From the NCBI GenBank assembly GCA_044238535.1, contig JBIIDF010000001.1, forward strand, positions 1 through 46,361: a DNA stretch of 46,361 bases, written 5' to 3'. The notes beneath the pieces are model-generated. The model was not told the DNA's origin and made no database searches. It saw nothing but the letters and a program-made list of their open reading frames with translations. Origin of the DNA: Vicinamibacterales bacterium. Its GTDB lineage: Bacteria; Acidobacteriota; Vicinamibacteria; Vicinamibacterales; UBA2999. The translations under genes were made by a program, and so were the position numbers. Shown piece after piece: positions 16,615-26,026 of this stretch. Every line of letters starts with the position of its first letter. Within the stretch, counting starts at the first letter, position 1.

Positions 16615-18611
16615 TCGATGCCCTCCTGCGGAGACGTCCGGGCTGGGACGGTGAACCAGAAGACCGACCCGCCCCCGTCCCGATCATCCACCCCCATCTG
16701 TCCCTCGTGCTGCTGGACAATCGCACGGCAGATGGCCAGCCCCAGTCCCGTGCCGCCCTTCTGTCGGCTGTCTGTCGCCTCTGCCTGACGGAACGGCTCG
16801 AAGATCACGTCACGGTACTCGCGAGCCACACCCGGACCGCGATCCCGTATCTCGACGCGCATCGTGGGCCCTCGCGCCTCGGCACGCACCTCCACCGCAG
16901 CCCCGGCCGGCGAAAACTTCACGGCATTCGAGATCAAGTTGACCACCACCTGCACCAGCCGGCTGGCATCGCCCAGCACATGCACCTCCGGACCGACCTG
17001 ATTCAGCACGGAAATCTGCTGGACATGCACCATCGCCCCAAGCGATTCGAGCGCGCGGTCGATCACAGGCTTGAGCGGCGTGTGGCTCATGGCCATGGTC
17101 ATGCCCCCCGAGCCCGCACGTTCCAGGTCAAGAATGTCGTTGATGAGCGTCACCAGGCGAATCACGTTGCGCTCGGCGATGTTAACGATGCGTGTGGCCT
17201 CAGGTGTCAATTCCCCGAGAACCCCGGTGGCCAGCAGCCCCAGTGACCCCCTGATCGATGTGAGCGGCGTGCGCAGTTCGTGGCTGACGGTCGAGACGAG
17301 CTGCTTTTTGACCACGTCGACAGCATCGCGATCGGTAAGGTCACGGATGAACCCGGCCAGCAGCCGACCATCGGGCGCATCGACCTGACTGAGCTGCAGC
17401 TCGACAGGGAAGACATGCCCATTGCGGCGCTTGCCCAGCCACTCGGTGGTGGTGCCAATGGCCCGCGTCACCATGCGGGGCACCAATCCCCCATCAGGGC
17501 TCAGGTAGCTATCGGGCACGAGGGCACTGACCGGCATTCCCACCATCTCGGCCGCGTCATAGCCAAACAGATTCGCGGTAACTGCATTGACTTCGGTGAT
17601 GCGGCACGTGCCCTCACGAACCAGCACGAGGCCCTCGAGCATGTGCTCCATCACGAGCCGCGTCCGTGATTCACTGGCCCGCACCTGGGCTTCGGCCCGG
17701 CTCCGGTCGATGAACTGGCCCAGCTGCGACGCCACGGTCTCGCTCAACGTCACCAGGTCTGATTCCTGGGCGTGAGACAGTCGCCCGTAGAAGGCAAGCA
17801 CCCCCAGCACACTGTGGCTGCCCCTCACAGGAACAAACATCGCGGTGGACAAGCCCAGTGCAAGGGCATCGCGTCTGCACTCGCACCAGACATGCTGCTC
17901 GATCGACTCCACCCGCTGGGTCTCGCCGGTGCGCCAGGCCTGCCGTGCGGGCCCCTGCCCCCGCACCAGGTCCACGGCCTCCGTCCCTGGCAGTCGACGG
18001 TCGGTCTCGCCGAGTCCGCGGCCGGTCGTGGCCACAGGGTCGAGCGTCAGCCCATCATCACTGGCCACGTAGGCGGCGGCGCACGACCATCCGAGGGTCG
18101 AACACAGGCCGTCAAGCACGCGCCGATGCGCATCGGTCTCGTGCTCGGCCCCCATAAGCGCCTCGCTGACGGCCGACACGACCGCCAGCCGACGACGGTC
18201 GCGGACGCGGGCGGTGACATCGGTGTAGCGCCAGACATGGCCGCAGTAGAGCTGCTCGACGAATACCGGAATGTAGTCGCGCTCAAGCACCCGTCCATCC
18301 GCCAGCAGCAGGGGTTCGGCCGTGACCGGCACACGGCCGGCCACGATGGCTTCGGTACGGGCCGACATCTCGGCGGGGTCGGCAAACAGGTGCCGGATGC
18401 GTTCGGTGATTTCGAAGCCGTCCACCACGTTCAGCGCGCGCGCGCCAAGACGCGGCGAAAACATGTCGGCAAACGACTGATTGGCAATGAGGATGCGCCG
18501 CCGCTCATCTTCGAGGAGCAGGGCGTCGGCCAGACTCTCGATCAGGCGACGTGACCGCTCCTCGGTCGCGGCTCTCGGGTCGGGTTCCCAACTCAGCCCA
18601 GACGTCGCCAT
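16611..18611 (-). CDS. PAS-GAF-PAS sensor histidine kinase
   Basis: 666 aa. H-box VSHELRTPLTSIRG. N box NLISNAVKF. G boxes RDRGPGV and GTGLGLAICRAIV. The upstream part has PAS-like and GAF-like segments. Confidence 0.9.
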   Translation of the reverse strand: MATSGLSWEPDPRAATEERSRRLIESLADALLLEDERRRILIANQSFADMFSPRLGARALNVVDGFEITERIRHLFADPAEMSARTEAIVAGRVPVTAEPLLLADGRVLERDYIPVFVEQLYCGHVWRYTDVTARVRDRRRLAVVSAVSEALMGAEHETDAHRRVLDGLCSTLGWSCAAAYVASDDGLTLDPVATTGRGLGETDRRLPGTEAVDLVRGQGPARQAWRTGETQRVESIEQHVWCECRRDALALGLSTAMFVPVRGSHSVLGVLAFYGRLSHAQESDLVTLSETVASQLGQFIDRSRAEAQVRASESRTRLVMEHMLEGLVLVREGTCRITEVNAVTANLFGYDAAEMVGMPVSALVPDSYLSPDGGLVPRMVTRAIGTTTEWLGKRRNGHVFPVELQLSQVDAPDGRLLAGFIRDLTDRDAVDVVKKQLVSTVSHELRTPLTSIRGSLGLLATGVLGELTPEATRIVNIAERNVIRLVTLINDILDLERAGSGGMTMAMSHTPLKPVIDRALESLGAMVHVQQISVLNQVGPEVHVLGDASRLVQVVVNLISNAVKFSPAGAAVEVRAEARGPTMRVEIRDRGPGVAREYRDVIFEPFRQAEATDSRQKGGTGLGLAICRAIVQQHEGQMGVDDRDGGGSVFWFTVPARTSPQEGIE

Positions 18612-18648
18612 ATGCCTGTAACGACTAATGTATGCCTGTTTAGTCGTT
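18611..18648 (-). promoter_or_regulatory. Composite inverted and direct repeat element at the kinase 5' end
   Basis: 9-bp inverted repeat AACGACTAA (18620-18628) / TTAGTCGTT (18640-18648). It is interleaved with a 9-nt direct repeat TATGCCTGT (18611-18619 and 18631-18639); on the minus strand this reads ACAGGCATA, and the second copy ends in the A of the ATG. Confidence 0.4.
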
Positions 18649-18894
18649 CATAAACACGCAATCCTGTCTTGGTGTGTAATCTGTCCCGAAATGACCCGTT
18701 CACGAAAGTGGTCAGTCGCGGCTGGCACAGACCTTGATGTGTCGTCGGGTGGCTGCAGCGGGTCACCGGGAGCACACATAGCAGGCGCTGGCTGAGTGCT
18801 CACGGCGTTTCACTGGCGACCCGCCTGCGGCCATTTTTCCTGCCACGGTGCCGGCCACCCGTCCCCCACGGTTTCCCCGCTTGTGAAGCCGTAG

Positions 18895-18900
18895 TACAAT
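18895..18900 (+). promoter_or_regulatory. Candidate -10 hexamer (TACAAT) upstream of atpB
   Basis: TACAAT lies 9 nt upstream of GTG 18910, with no SD in between. Confidence 0.4.
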
Positions 18901-18909
18901 CGGCCGGTT

Positions 18910-19623
18910 GTGGAAGCGCTAGAGCACCCCTCCCCACTGGTCGAGCTGATTAACGCGCTGCTGGCACCCCTGCACGTGCATGTGCCCGATCACGTCGTCT
19001 TTTCGGCTCTCATCTGCCTCATCGTCCTGGTGCTGGGCCTGCTGGTGCGGTCGCGCCTCAGCATCGACAACCCGGGGTCGCTGCAGATCATCCTCGAGGA
19101 TGTGGTCAGCTTCTTCGTCTCGGTGCTCGAGACCAACATGGGCCACAAGGGCCGTCAGTTTCTCGCGCTGCCCGGTGCCCTCTTCGTGTTCATCTGGATG
19201 GGGAACATGATGGGCCAGATTCCAGGCCTCGGCGCACCCACCAGCAACGTCAACGTGCCGTTTGCCTGTGCGCTGACGCTGTGGCTCTACTATCACTATC
19301 AGGGCATCCGCGCGCAGGGTGTCTTCTCGTACCTCAAGCACTTTGCGGTCATGCCGGGCGTGCCCCTGGCCATGTCGCCCATCATCTTCACCATCGAGAT
19401 CATCAGCCACCTGTCCCGTGTGCTGTCGCTGACGCTGCGCTTGTTCGGCAACGTGTTCGGTGAGCACCTCGTGGTGCTCATCATCGGCAGTATCGTGCCC
19501 TTCATCGCGCCGCTGCCCATCCAGTTCCTTGGCCTCGTGGTCGGCACACTGCAGGCGTTCATCTTCCTGACACTTGGCGCCATCTACCTGACGGCGGCCG
19601 TCGCCGTCGACGAGCACCACTAG
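18910..19623 (+). CDS. atpB: F0F1 ATP synthase subunit a
   Basis: 237 aa, multi-TM. Conserved Arg motif LSLTLRLFGNVFGEH. GNMMGQIPG. No atpE or atpF follows. Confidence 0.85.
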   Translation: MEALEHPSPLVELINALLAPLHVHVPDHVVFSALICLIVLVLGLLVRSRLSIDNPGSLQIILEDVVSFFVSVLETNMGHKGRQFLALPGALFVFIWMGNMMGQIPGLGAPTSNVNVPFACALTLWLYYHYQGIRAQGVFSYLKHFAVMPGVPLAMSPIIFTIEIISHLSRVLSLTLRLFGNVFGEHLVVLIIGSIVPFIAPLPIQFLGLVVGTLQAFIFLTLGAIYLTAAVAVDEHH

Positions 19624-19631
19624 GCATCTGG

Positions 19632-19723
19632 GCGCCGCATCGGCGGCGCATCCCCCGTTCCTGACAACGCAGGGATCCCTGCGCTCCCCCGCTTGTCTGA
19701 TGCGGCCGACCGTCTGTCGGCCG
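19632..19723 (+). terminator. Cluster of three GC-rich stem-loops downstream of atpB
   Basis: GCGCCGC-ATCG-GCGGCGC (19632-19649). The 16-nt palindrome CGCAGGGATCCCTGCG (19668-19683). CGGCCGAC-CGTCT-GTCGGCCG (19703-19723). None has a U-tract. Confidence 0.3.
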
Positions 19724-19771
19724 GAGCGGACCATCCATTGACGCGTGGTCGCCTCTCGACGCGGGACGACC

Positions 19772-19777
19772 TAGCGT
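19772..19777 (+). promoter_or_regulatory. Candidate -10 hexamer (TAGCGT) of a leaderless-type promoter
   Basis: TAGCGT lies 6 nt upstream of ATG 19784. Confidence 0.35.
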
Positions 19778-19783
19778 GGAAGG

Positions 19784-22700
19784 ATGCGACTGTTTTCTCG
19801 CTCTCCCCGTCTGCGTGCCCTGTCTGTCCTGCTGACGACCCTGGTGGCCGCCACACCGGCCTTCGCTCAGTCAGCCCGACTCTCGGGACACCTCACCGAC
19901 CCCTCAGACGCCCCTGTCGCCGGTGCCACCGTCACAGCCACCGACACATCGACCGGTGTCAGTCACGAGGCCGTCACGTTTGCAGACGGCCTCTACATCT
20001 TCCCCGCCCTGCAACCGGGGCGCTACCGGCTGGATGTCAGCGCGTCGGGCTTCCGCCCGCTCCGCCAGGAGGGCATTGCCCTCAACGTCGCCACCGCCAC
20101 CACGGTCAACCTCAGACTGCAGGTCGGCGATGTCACCGACCGCGTTGAAGTGACCGGTACCGCACCGCTCATCGAACGCCAGTCGGGCAGTGTCGGCACC
20201 GTCGTCGATCGGCAGTTCATCGAGAACCTGCCGCTCAATGGCCGCAGCCTCCAGTCGCTGCTGGAACTGGTACCGGGCGTCGTGTTCGTCGAGCCCGAGA
20301 TCACCAATACGGGCCAGTTCAGCGTCAACGGCCAGCGCGCCAATGCCAACTACGTCATGGTCGACGGTGTCGGCGCCAACGTGGGCACCAGCATGAGCGC
20401 ACAGTCATTCCAGCAGGCCGCCGGCAGCCTGCCCGCCGGCACGGCGCTCGGGGGCACGCAGGGCCTTGTCTCGGTCGATGCCCTGGAAGAGTTCCGGATG
20501 CTGACCTCCACGTTCGCCCCCGAGTTCGGCCGCATGCCCGGTGGACAGATCTCGCTGGTCACCCGATCGGGTCGCAGCCGCTACAGTGGCAGCCTCTATG
20601 ACTTCGCCCGGCACGAACGGTTCGATGCCAACGACTGGTTCAACAATCAGGTCGGCCGGTCGAAGCTGCCCCTGCGCCAGCATCAGTTCGGCGGCACCCT
20701 CGGTGGCCCCATTGCGCGGCCCGGACGCACGCCCGCGCGGCCTCGCGCCTTCTTCTTCGCCTCCTACGAGGGCCTGCGCCTGCGGCAGCCCCAGCCCGAC
20801 ATCCGCAATGTCGTCGTGCCGTCCATGTCCGCCCGGGCGCGCGCCACCGGCTCGATCCGGGCACTCTTCGATGCCTTCCCGCAACCCAATGCACCGTCGC
20901 TGCCCGGCGACCCCACCGACACCGAGCGCTACACCTACCGCATCAGCTTTCCCTCGTGGTTCGAGGCCCCGAGCCTGCGCGTCGACGTGCCCGTGGGACG
21001 CATGCAGATCTTCAACCGCACCGCCTACAGCCCGTCGGGCTACCGCGAGTACGTCTTCGCCAACCAGCAGAATGAGTTCTCGAAGAACTTCATCTCGAAT
21101 ACGTCAGGCGTGATCTGGACCCTGTCGCCCCGCCTCGTCAGTGACACCCGCGTCAACTGGAGCCGCGAGACCGGGCGCTTCGCGTTCGCGGGCCGCGCCA
21201 TCGACGGTGCCACCCTGCTGCCCGACTCGCTCGTGTTCCCCGACCAGGCCTCACGGGAAACCGTGTCGGTCTCGCTGCAGGTCAATCCGTCCAACTTCAA
21301 TCCCACATCGCTGACGCAGGGCAAGTCGCTCGGCAACAACCAGGAGCAGTTCAACCTGGTGCAGACGCTGACGTATCTGCGCGGGCGGCATGAAGTGAAA
21401 GCGGGGCTCGACTGGCGCCGGCTCATGCCCCTCACCGATTTCCGCGAGCGGGGCATCACCTACAACTTCGGATCGGTCACCCAGGCGCTACAGACTGGGC
21501 TGGCCTCGGTCAGCGTGCAGGCCCTGGCCCCCACGACCAACTTCCGCATCGACAACCTGTCGCTCTTCCTGCAGGACACCTGGCGCGTCTCATCGCGGCT
21601 CACCGTGACGGCCGGCGCACGCTATGAACTCAACCCGCCGCCGAGCGGTGACCGGCTGCCTTACACGTTCACCGATGTCAACAACCTGCTGACCGCCGAC
21701 CTGGCGCCCGCCGGCACACCCCTGTGGCGCACGGACCGCACCAACATTGCGCCCCGGTTCGATGCCGCCTACGTGATCTCCGAGCGTCAGGAGCTCGTGC
21801 TCCGCGGTGGCGTCGGTCTGTTCTACGACCTGGGCACCGGCACGGCCCTGCGCGGCTACAGCAGCTATCCGTTCAACTCGCAGCGCGTCACGCCCAACCA
21901 GCCCTTCCCGGCCCCGGCCTCGGCGGTGGCAGCGGCGCCGTTCGATACCACCACGCGGCCGATTGCCTCGACCTTCCATGTGACCGAGCCCGATCTGCGT
22001 CTGCCGTCCACGCTGCAGTGGAACGTCTCGCTCGAGCGCCGGCTGGGTACCTCACAGTCACTCACCGTTTCATACGTGGGTGCCCGCGGCCGCGATCTAC
22101 TGCGCACCGAGCAGCTGCGCAACCGCCCCGCCCCCACAGAGGTGCCCTTCGGCATTCCCACCATGACCTTCATCAACCCCGCCGTCGTCTCGTCGACGAC
22201 GTCGGTGTTTGTCACGAGGAATGCTGCGGCGTCCCGCTACGATGCCCTGCAGATGCAGCTGCAGCGCCGGATGTCGCGCGGCCTCCAGGCGATGCTGTCC
22301 TACACACTGGCCAAGTCGACCGATACGGTGTCGAACGAAGTGACGGCCGGCCTGGCCTCGACCGGCATCCCCGGCTTTACCGCATCCGTGGACGATGACT
22401 TCGGGTCGTCGGATTTCGACATCCGCCATGTCATCGCCGGAGGTGTGACCTGGAACCTGCCATCGCCGTCGGGTGGTGCGGCCCGGCGGGTGCTGGGCGA
22501 CTGGGGCCTCGACCTGATTGGCCGCTGGCGCTCGTCTGCCCCGCTGCACGTGGTGACGCAGACGATCGATCCCATCAACTTCTCGGGGACGAACCGGCGC
22601 GTGAACCTCGTGCCCGGGCAGAACCCCTGGATCTCCGACGCCTCCCTGCCAGGTGGCAAGCGGCTCAACTTCGCGGCCTTCCAGGTGCCGGCCCCTGGAC

Positions 22701-23011
22701 AGCAGGGCAATATGGAACGCAATTCGCTGCGGTGGATTCCCGCCCAGCAGCTGGACCTGTCGCTGCGGAAGGATGTGCCCATCGGCCGCACGCGGGCACA
22801 GCTGCGCTGGGACATCTTCAACATCACCAACACGCCCAACTTCGCTGAACCCGGGGCGTCGCTGCCGGCCGCCGACTCTCCGCTCTTCGGCGTCTCGACG
22901 CGCATGCTCAATCGTGCGCTCGGGCCCGGCGGTACCGCGGGCGGGCTCAACGCGCAGTATCAGGTGGGCGGGCCGCGCTCGATGCAGCTGTCGCTGCGGG
23001 TGTCATTCTGA
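19784..23011 (+). CDS. TonB-dependent receptor-like outer membrane protein with N-terminal carboxypeptidase-regulatory-like domain
   Basis: 1075 aa. Signal peptide ending TPAFAQS. CarboxypepD_reg-like segment (GATVTATDTSTGVSHEAVTFADGLYIFPALQPGRYRLDVSASGF). Plug-like LPLNGRSLQSLLELVPGV and FSVNGQR. Terminal aromatic residue (LSLRVSF), typical of beta-barrel OMPs. Confidence 0.85.
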   Translation: MRLFSRSPRLRALSVLLTTLVAATPAFAQSARLSGHLTDPSDAPVAGATVTATDTSTGVSHEAVTFADGLYIFPALQPGRYRLDVSASGFRPLRQEGIALNVATATTVNLRLQVGDVTDRVEVTGTAPLIERQSGSVGTVVDRQFIENLPLNGRSLQSLLELVPGVVFVEPEITNTGQFSVNGQRANANYVMVDGVGANVGTSMSAQSFQQAAGSLPAGTALGGTQGLVSVDALEEFRMLTSTFAPEFGRMPGGQISLVTRSGRSRYSGSLYDFARHERFDANDWFNNQVGRSKLPLRQHQFGGTLGGPIARPGRTPARPRAFFFASYEGLRLRQPQPDIRNVVVPSMSARARATGSIRALFDAFPQPNAPSLPGDPTDTERYTYRISFPSWFEAPSLRVDVPVGRMQIFNRTAYSPSGYREYVFANQQNEFSKNFISNTSGVIWTLSPRLVSDTRVNWSRETGRFAFAGRAIDGATLLPDSLVFPDQASRETVSVSLQVNPSNFNPTSLTQGKSLGNNQEQFNLVQTLTYLRGRHEVKAGLDWRRLMPLTDFRERGITYNFGSVTQALQTGLASVSVQALAPTTNFRIDNLSLFLQDTWRVSSRLTVTAGARYELNPPPSGDRLPYTFTDVNNLLTADLAPAGTPLWRTDRTNIAPRFDAAYVISERQELVLRGGVGLFYDLGTGTALRGYSSYPFNSQRVTPNQPFPAPASAVAAAPFDTTTRPIASTFHVTEPDLRLPSTLQWNVSLERRLGTSQSLTVSYVGARGRDLLRTEQLRNRPAPTEVPFGIPTMTFINPAVVSSTTSVFVTRNAAASRYDALQMQLQRRMSRGLQAMLSYTLAKSTDTVSNEVTAGLASTGIPGFTASVDDDFGSSDFDIRHVIAGGVTWNLPSPSGGAARRVLGDWGLDLIGRWRSSAPLHVVTQTIDPINFSGTNRRVNLVPGQNPWISDASLPGGKRLNFAAFQVPAPGQQGNMERNSLRWIPAQQLDLSLRKDVPIGRTRAQLRWDIFNITNTPNFAEPGASLPAADSPLFGVSTRMLNRALGPGGTAGGLNAQYQVGGPRSMQLSLRVSF

Positions 23012-24651
23012 TGCGCCTCCCCGTCCTGGCCACGCTCGGCCTCGCCGCCCTCGCCGGCAGCCTGCTGCGCGCGGCACAGACCCCGGCGCCGTTGCCGGCG
23101 CCGACGGCGGTCTACCAGACGCAATGCTTCGCCCTCGATAGTCTGGAACCCGCAGACCGGACCCTGGCGGCCGAGTGGCTCGAGGCGGCCCTCGACCGCG
23201 AAGGCCTCTACACGCTCATTGGCGGGCTCAAGCCCATCAGTACCGGAATCCACAGCCTGAAGTTCGACACGGCACAGCCTGATCTGGCCGGCCTCGATCA
23301 GGCGCGACGAATCGCCACCGCTCTCAGTTGCGGTGGCGTCTCGGCGTTCGTCCACATCTTCGCGGCCGCCTCGGGCACCGAACGGTTTGCCGATGTGGTC
23401 CTGGTCAATCAGCCGGCGCTCGACCACACGCTGCGGGAACACCGCGCCTTCTTCGCGCCGCTCGGCCTGACACCGGGCACCCCGGGGCTGCAGGTGATGG
23501 CCATGATCGACCACCTGCCCCGCGAGCAGCGCTACCGCGGTCTCGGGCACCTGTTCGGTTTTCCCGATCACGCAGTCGACTTCTTTGTGGCGGCGACCAT
23601 GCCCGACAAGTCGGTCGTCGGGCCGGGCAAGGACCGCGACTTCTTCTCGGTGCCGGTCTTCCGCGACGGCACCAACTACTTCGTGTGGGCGGTGCCGCTC
23701 GGGCACACACCCCTGCCGGCCGACACCGTAATTGTCGAGAAGGCCGCACCCATCCTCAAGTCCTATCGCGAGCGGCGCGCCCACTTCATCGGACCGGGCA
23801 AGTCAGGCGTCGCCGAGCTGCTGCGCGACTGGCTCTGCGACAACACCGGCATGTGTGCCGCCGATCGCGCCATGCAGCGCCTCTCGACGACCCTGCGCAG
23901 CCCCGACTCGCCGCTATCCCGCGCCAGTCAGCTGCTGCGCGATCGCAAGCCCGCCGAGGCGGCACGGCTCCTGAAGGAACTGGCCTCGCAGCCCATGGAC
24001 GACGAGAGCGCCCGCCGCCGTCGCCTGCTCTCGGAGGATGCCGCCGTCCGGACGGGTGATGCCGCCTGGCTGGCCCGTCTCAGTGACCGGCCCGATCGCT
24101 ACTGGTTCGCCAACGGCTATCTCGTCTTCACCGCCTATGGCTACATGCGCGCCGCAGACCTGCCTGCGGCGCGCGAGTATCTCAGCCGCCTCAAGGACAC
24201 CGACCGCATGGACGATCGCGAACGCCGCCGCTATCACTCGCTCATGGCACGCATCGCGCAGCTCGAGCAGAAGCCCGCCGAAGAGCAGACGCACCTGGAA
24301 TGGATGATCGGGCATCAGGCCGAGTGGGCCACGCCCCGGTGCCAGCAGTGCCACGACAATCGCGAACGCTACGGCGATGTCGTCACGAGCTTTCCGCTCA
24401 CCGGCTGGTGGGTGGCTGAGCGCTACGCGGCCGTGCTGCGCGAGACCGGCAGGGCCGACGACATCGGGCGCCTCGCCCGGCAGTCGCTGGCGGCCTCCCC
24501 GGACAATGTCGAGGCGCGGCTTCGTCTCGCATTCGCGCAGCGGGCTCTCAGGAAGGATGAGGACAGCGAGCAGACGCTGCGGGCATTGCCGTGGGCCGCC
24601 TTCCCCGACCGCCCCTACCGTACGCCGCGCGATCTCATCCAGTTTCCCTGA
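23011..24651 (+). CDS. Secreted hypothetical protein with C-terminal TPR-like repeats and a single CXXCH motif
   Basis: 546 aa. Signal peptide MRLPVLATLGLAALAGSLLRAAQ. The start overlaps the receptor stop by 1 nt (TGATG). CQQCH at nt 24340-24354. I could not name the N-terminal ~270-aa domain. Confidence 0.6.
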   Translation: MRLPVLATLGLAALAGSLLRAAQTPAPLPAPTAVYQTQCFALDSLEPADRTLAAEWLEAALDREGLYTLIGGLKPISTGIHSLKFDTAQPDLAGLDQARRIATALSCGGVSAFVHIFAAASGTERFADVVLVNQPALDHTLREHRAFFAPLGLTPGTPGLQVMAMIDHLPREQRYRGLGHLFGFPDHAVDFFVAATMPDKSVVGPGKDRDFFSVPVFRDGTNYFVWAVPLGHTPLPADTVIVEKAAPILKSYRERRAHFIGPGKSGVAELLRDWLCDNTGMCAADRAMQRLSTTLRSPDSPLSRASQLLRDRKPAEAARLLKELASQPMDDESARRRRLLSEDAAVRTGDAAWLARLSDRPDRYWFANGYLVFTAYGYMRAADLPAAREYLSRLKDTDRMDDRERRRYHSLMARIAQLEQKPAEEQTHLEWMIGHQAEWATPRCQQCHDNRERYGDVVTSFPLTGWWVAERYAAVLRETGRADDIGRLARQSLAASPDNVEARLRLAFAQRALRKDEDSEQTLRALPWAAFPDRPYRTPRDLIQFP

Positions 24652-24697
24652 CACCGACCCGGGCGCACGCCGGTGCGTCATCGGCCGGCGTGCTGCC

Positions 24698-25957
24698 TCA
24701 GTGGACGATGTCGCTCCGGTGAGGCTCGCCCTCGTCTTCTTCAGCCTCAACCATCGGCCATTCGGGAAACGGATCCCTCAGGGCAGCCAGAGCCTCAGGG
24801 CCGGTCGCCAGTTCGTCTTCCGTCACCAGGCAGGCGTCGAGGCGCGCCCGTAGTGCCGCCTCGTTCACCGACAGGCCGATAATCACCAGTTCCTGCCGGC
24901 GATCGCCCCACGGTTCCTGGAAGTCGCGCATCACCGACGTCAGCACCTCGGGCTCGGTGGGATACTCGGCCGTGGGCGTTGCCGCCCACCAGATGCCCGC
25001 CGGCTCGGTACGGCACGAAGTGCCGGCCTGAGACCACTCGCCGACGATGTCCCAGCGGGACGCGAGCCAGAAGAAACCCTTGGACCGAACGACACCCGGC
25101 CAGTCTTCGTGAATCATCTGCCAGAAGCGTTCCGGATGGAACGGCCGCCGGGCCCGATAGACGAATGACGCGATGCCGTATTCATCGGCCTCTGACGTTT
25201 CCTCACCCCGCAGCACCGACAGCCAGCCGCTCGACCGTGAGGCCTCCTCGAACGAGAAGAGTCCCGTGTCGAGCACCTGATCCAGCGGCACGCAGGCCTC
25301 CGTGGCCCTCAGGATACGGGCGCCGGGATTCAGCCGGCGCAGGACGGCCTCGAGGTGCGCGAGCGCGGCCTCGGTCACCAGGTCTGTCTTGTTGATCAGC
25401 AGCACATTGGCGAATTCCACCTGATCCACGAGCAGGTCTGCTACCGTGCGATCGTCATCCTCGTTGAGCGCCATGTCCCGATCATCGAGACCGTCTCCGG
25501 CTTCCCAGTCGCGCAGGAACGCCGCAGCATCGACGACCGTCACCATCGTGTCGAGCCGGGCCAAATCGGACAGGCTCTGCCCCTGTCCGTCGACGAACGT
25601 GAAGGTCTCGGCCACCGGAAGTGGCTCGGAGATACCCGTGGACTCTACGAGGAGGTAATCGAACCGGCCCTCCCGCGCCAGCGCCGCCACCTGCTCGAGC
25701 AGGTCTTCACGAAGCGTGCAGCAGATGCAGCCGTTCGACAGTTCGACGAGGCGCTCGTCCATGCGGTCCAGGCGCGCATCGCCACGCGCGACCAGGGAGG
25801 CGTCGATGTTCACCTCGCTCATGTCATTCACAATCACCGCCACGCGCAGACCCTGGCGGTTGCGCAGCACGTGGTTCAGCAGCGTCGTCTTTCCGGCGCC
25901 GAGGAAACCCGACAGCACCGTCACGGGCAGACGTCGATCTGGCGGAACTCGATTCAC
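24698..25957 (-). CDS. COG0523-family G3E GTPase (CobW/ZigA/YjiA-like putative metallochaperone)
   Basis: 419 aa. Walker [13 protein letters not shown]. Metal-binding CICCTL. ESTG. NKTDL. CobW_C-like C-terminal domain. GTG start preceded by GAGAGG. Confidence 0.85.
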   Translation of the reverse strand: MNRVPPDRRLPVTVLSGFLGAGKTTLLNHVLRNRQGLRVAVIVNDMSEVNIDASLVARGDARLDRMDERLVELSNGCICCTLREDLLEQVAALAREGRFDYLLVESTGISEPLPVAETFTFVDGQGQSLSDLARLDTMVTVVDAAAFLRDWEAGDGLDDRDMALNEDDDRTVADLLVDQVEFANVLLINKTDLVTEAALAHLEAVLRRLNPGARILRATEACVPLDQVLDTGLFSFEEASRSSGWLSVLRGEETSEADEYGIASFVYRARRPFHPERFWQMIHEDWPGVVRSKGFFWLASRWDIVGEWSQAGTSCRTEPAGIWWAATPTAEYPTEPEVLTSVMRDFQEPWGDRRQELVIIGLSVNEAALRARLDACLVTEDELATGPEALAALRDPFPEWPMVEAEEDEGEPHRSDIVH

Positions 25958-25996
25958 AGCATGTCACCTCTCTGTCAGGTGTCTCATACGTCCCGC

Positions 25997-26026
25997 GACA
26001 GCACACGTGGTTTCCCACGAGCTGTC
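25997..26026 (-). other. Bulged hairpin with GNRA (GAAA) tetraloop in the 5' leader of the COG0523 gene
   Basis: The minus strand reads GACAGC-T-CGTGG-GAAA-CCACG-TGT-GCTGTC. That is 11 bp of stem with an asymmetric internal loop, 40-70 nt upstream of GTG 25957. Confidence 0.3.

Noticed and set aside
18723-18737. Sigma-54-like TGGCAC-AGACC-TTGA upstream of atpB.
   Set aside because: The conserved -12 GC is replaced by GA. It would require a ~160-nt leader. A good TACAAT hexamer lies directly before the atpB start. TGGCAC alone is expected dozens of times by chance at this composition.
18796-18894. 32-codon Cys/His-rich small ORF (GTG...TAG) upstream of atpB, considered as an atpI/atpZ-like or metal-binding peptide.
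   Set aside because: It has no SD, no hydrophobic segments as expected for AtpI/AtpZ, and a composition consistent with random GC-rich sequence. There is no supporting evidence.
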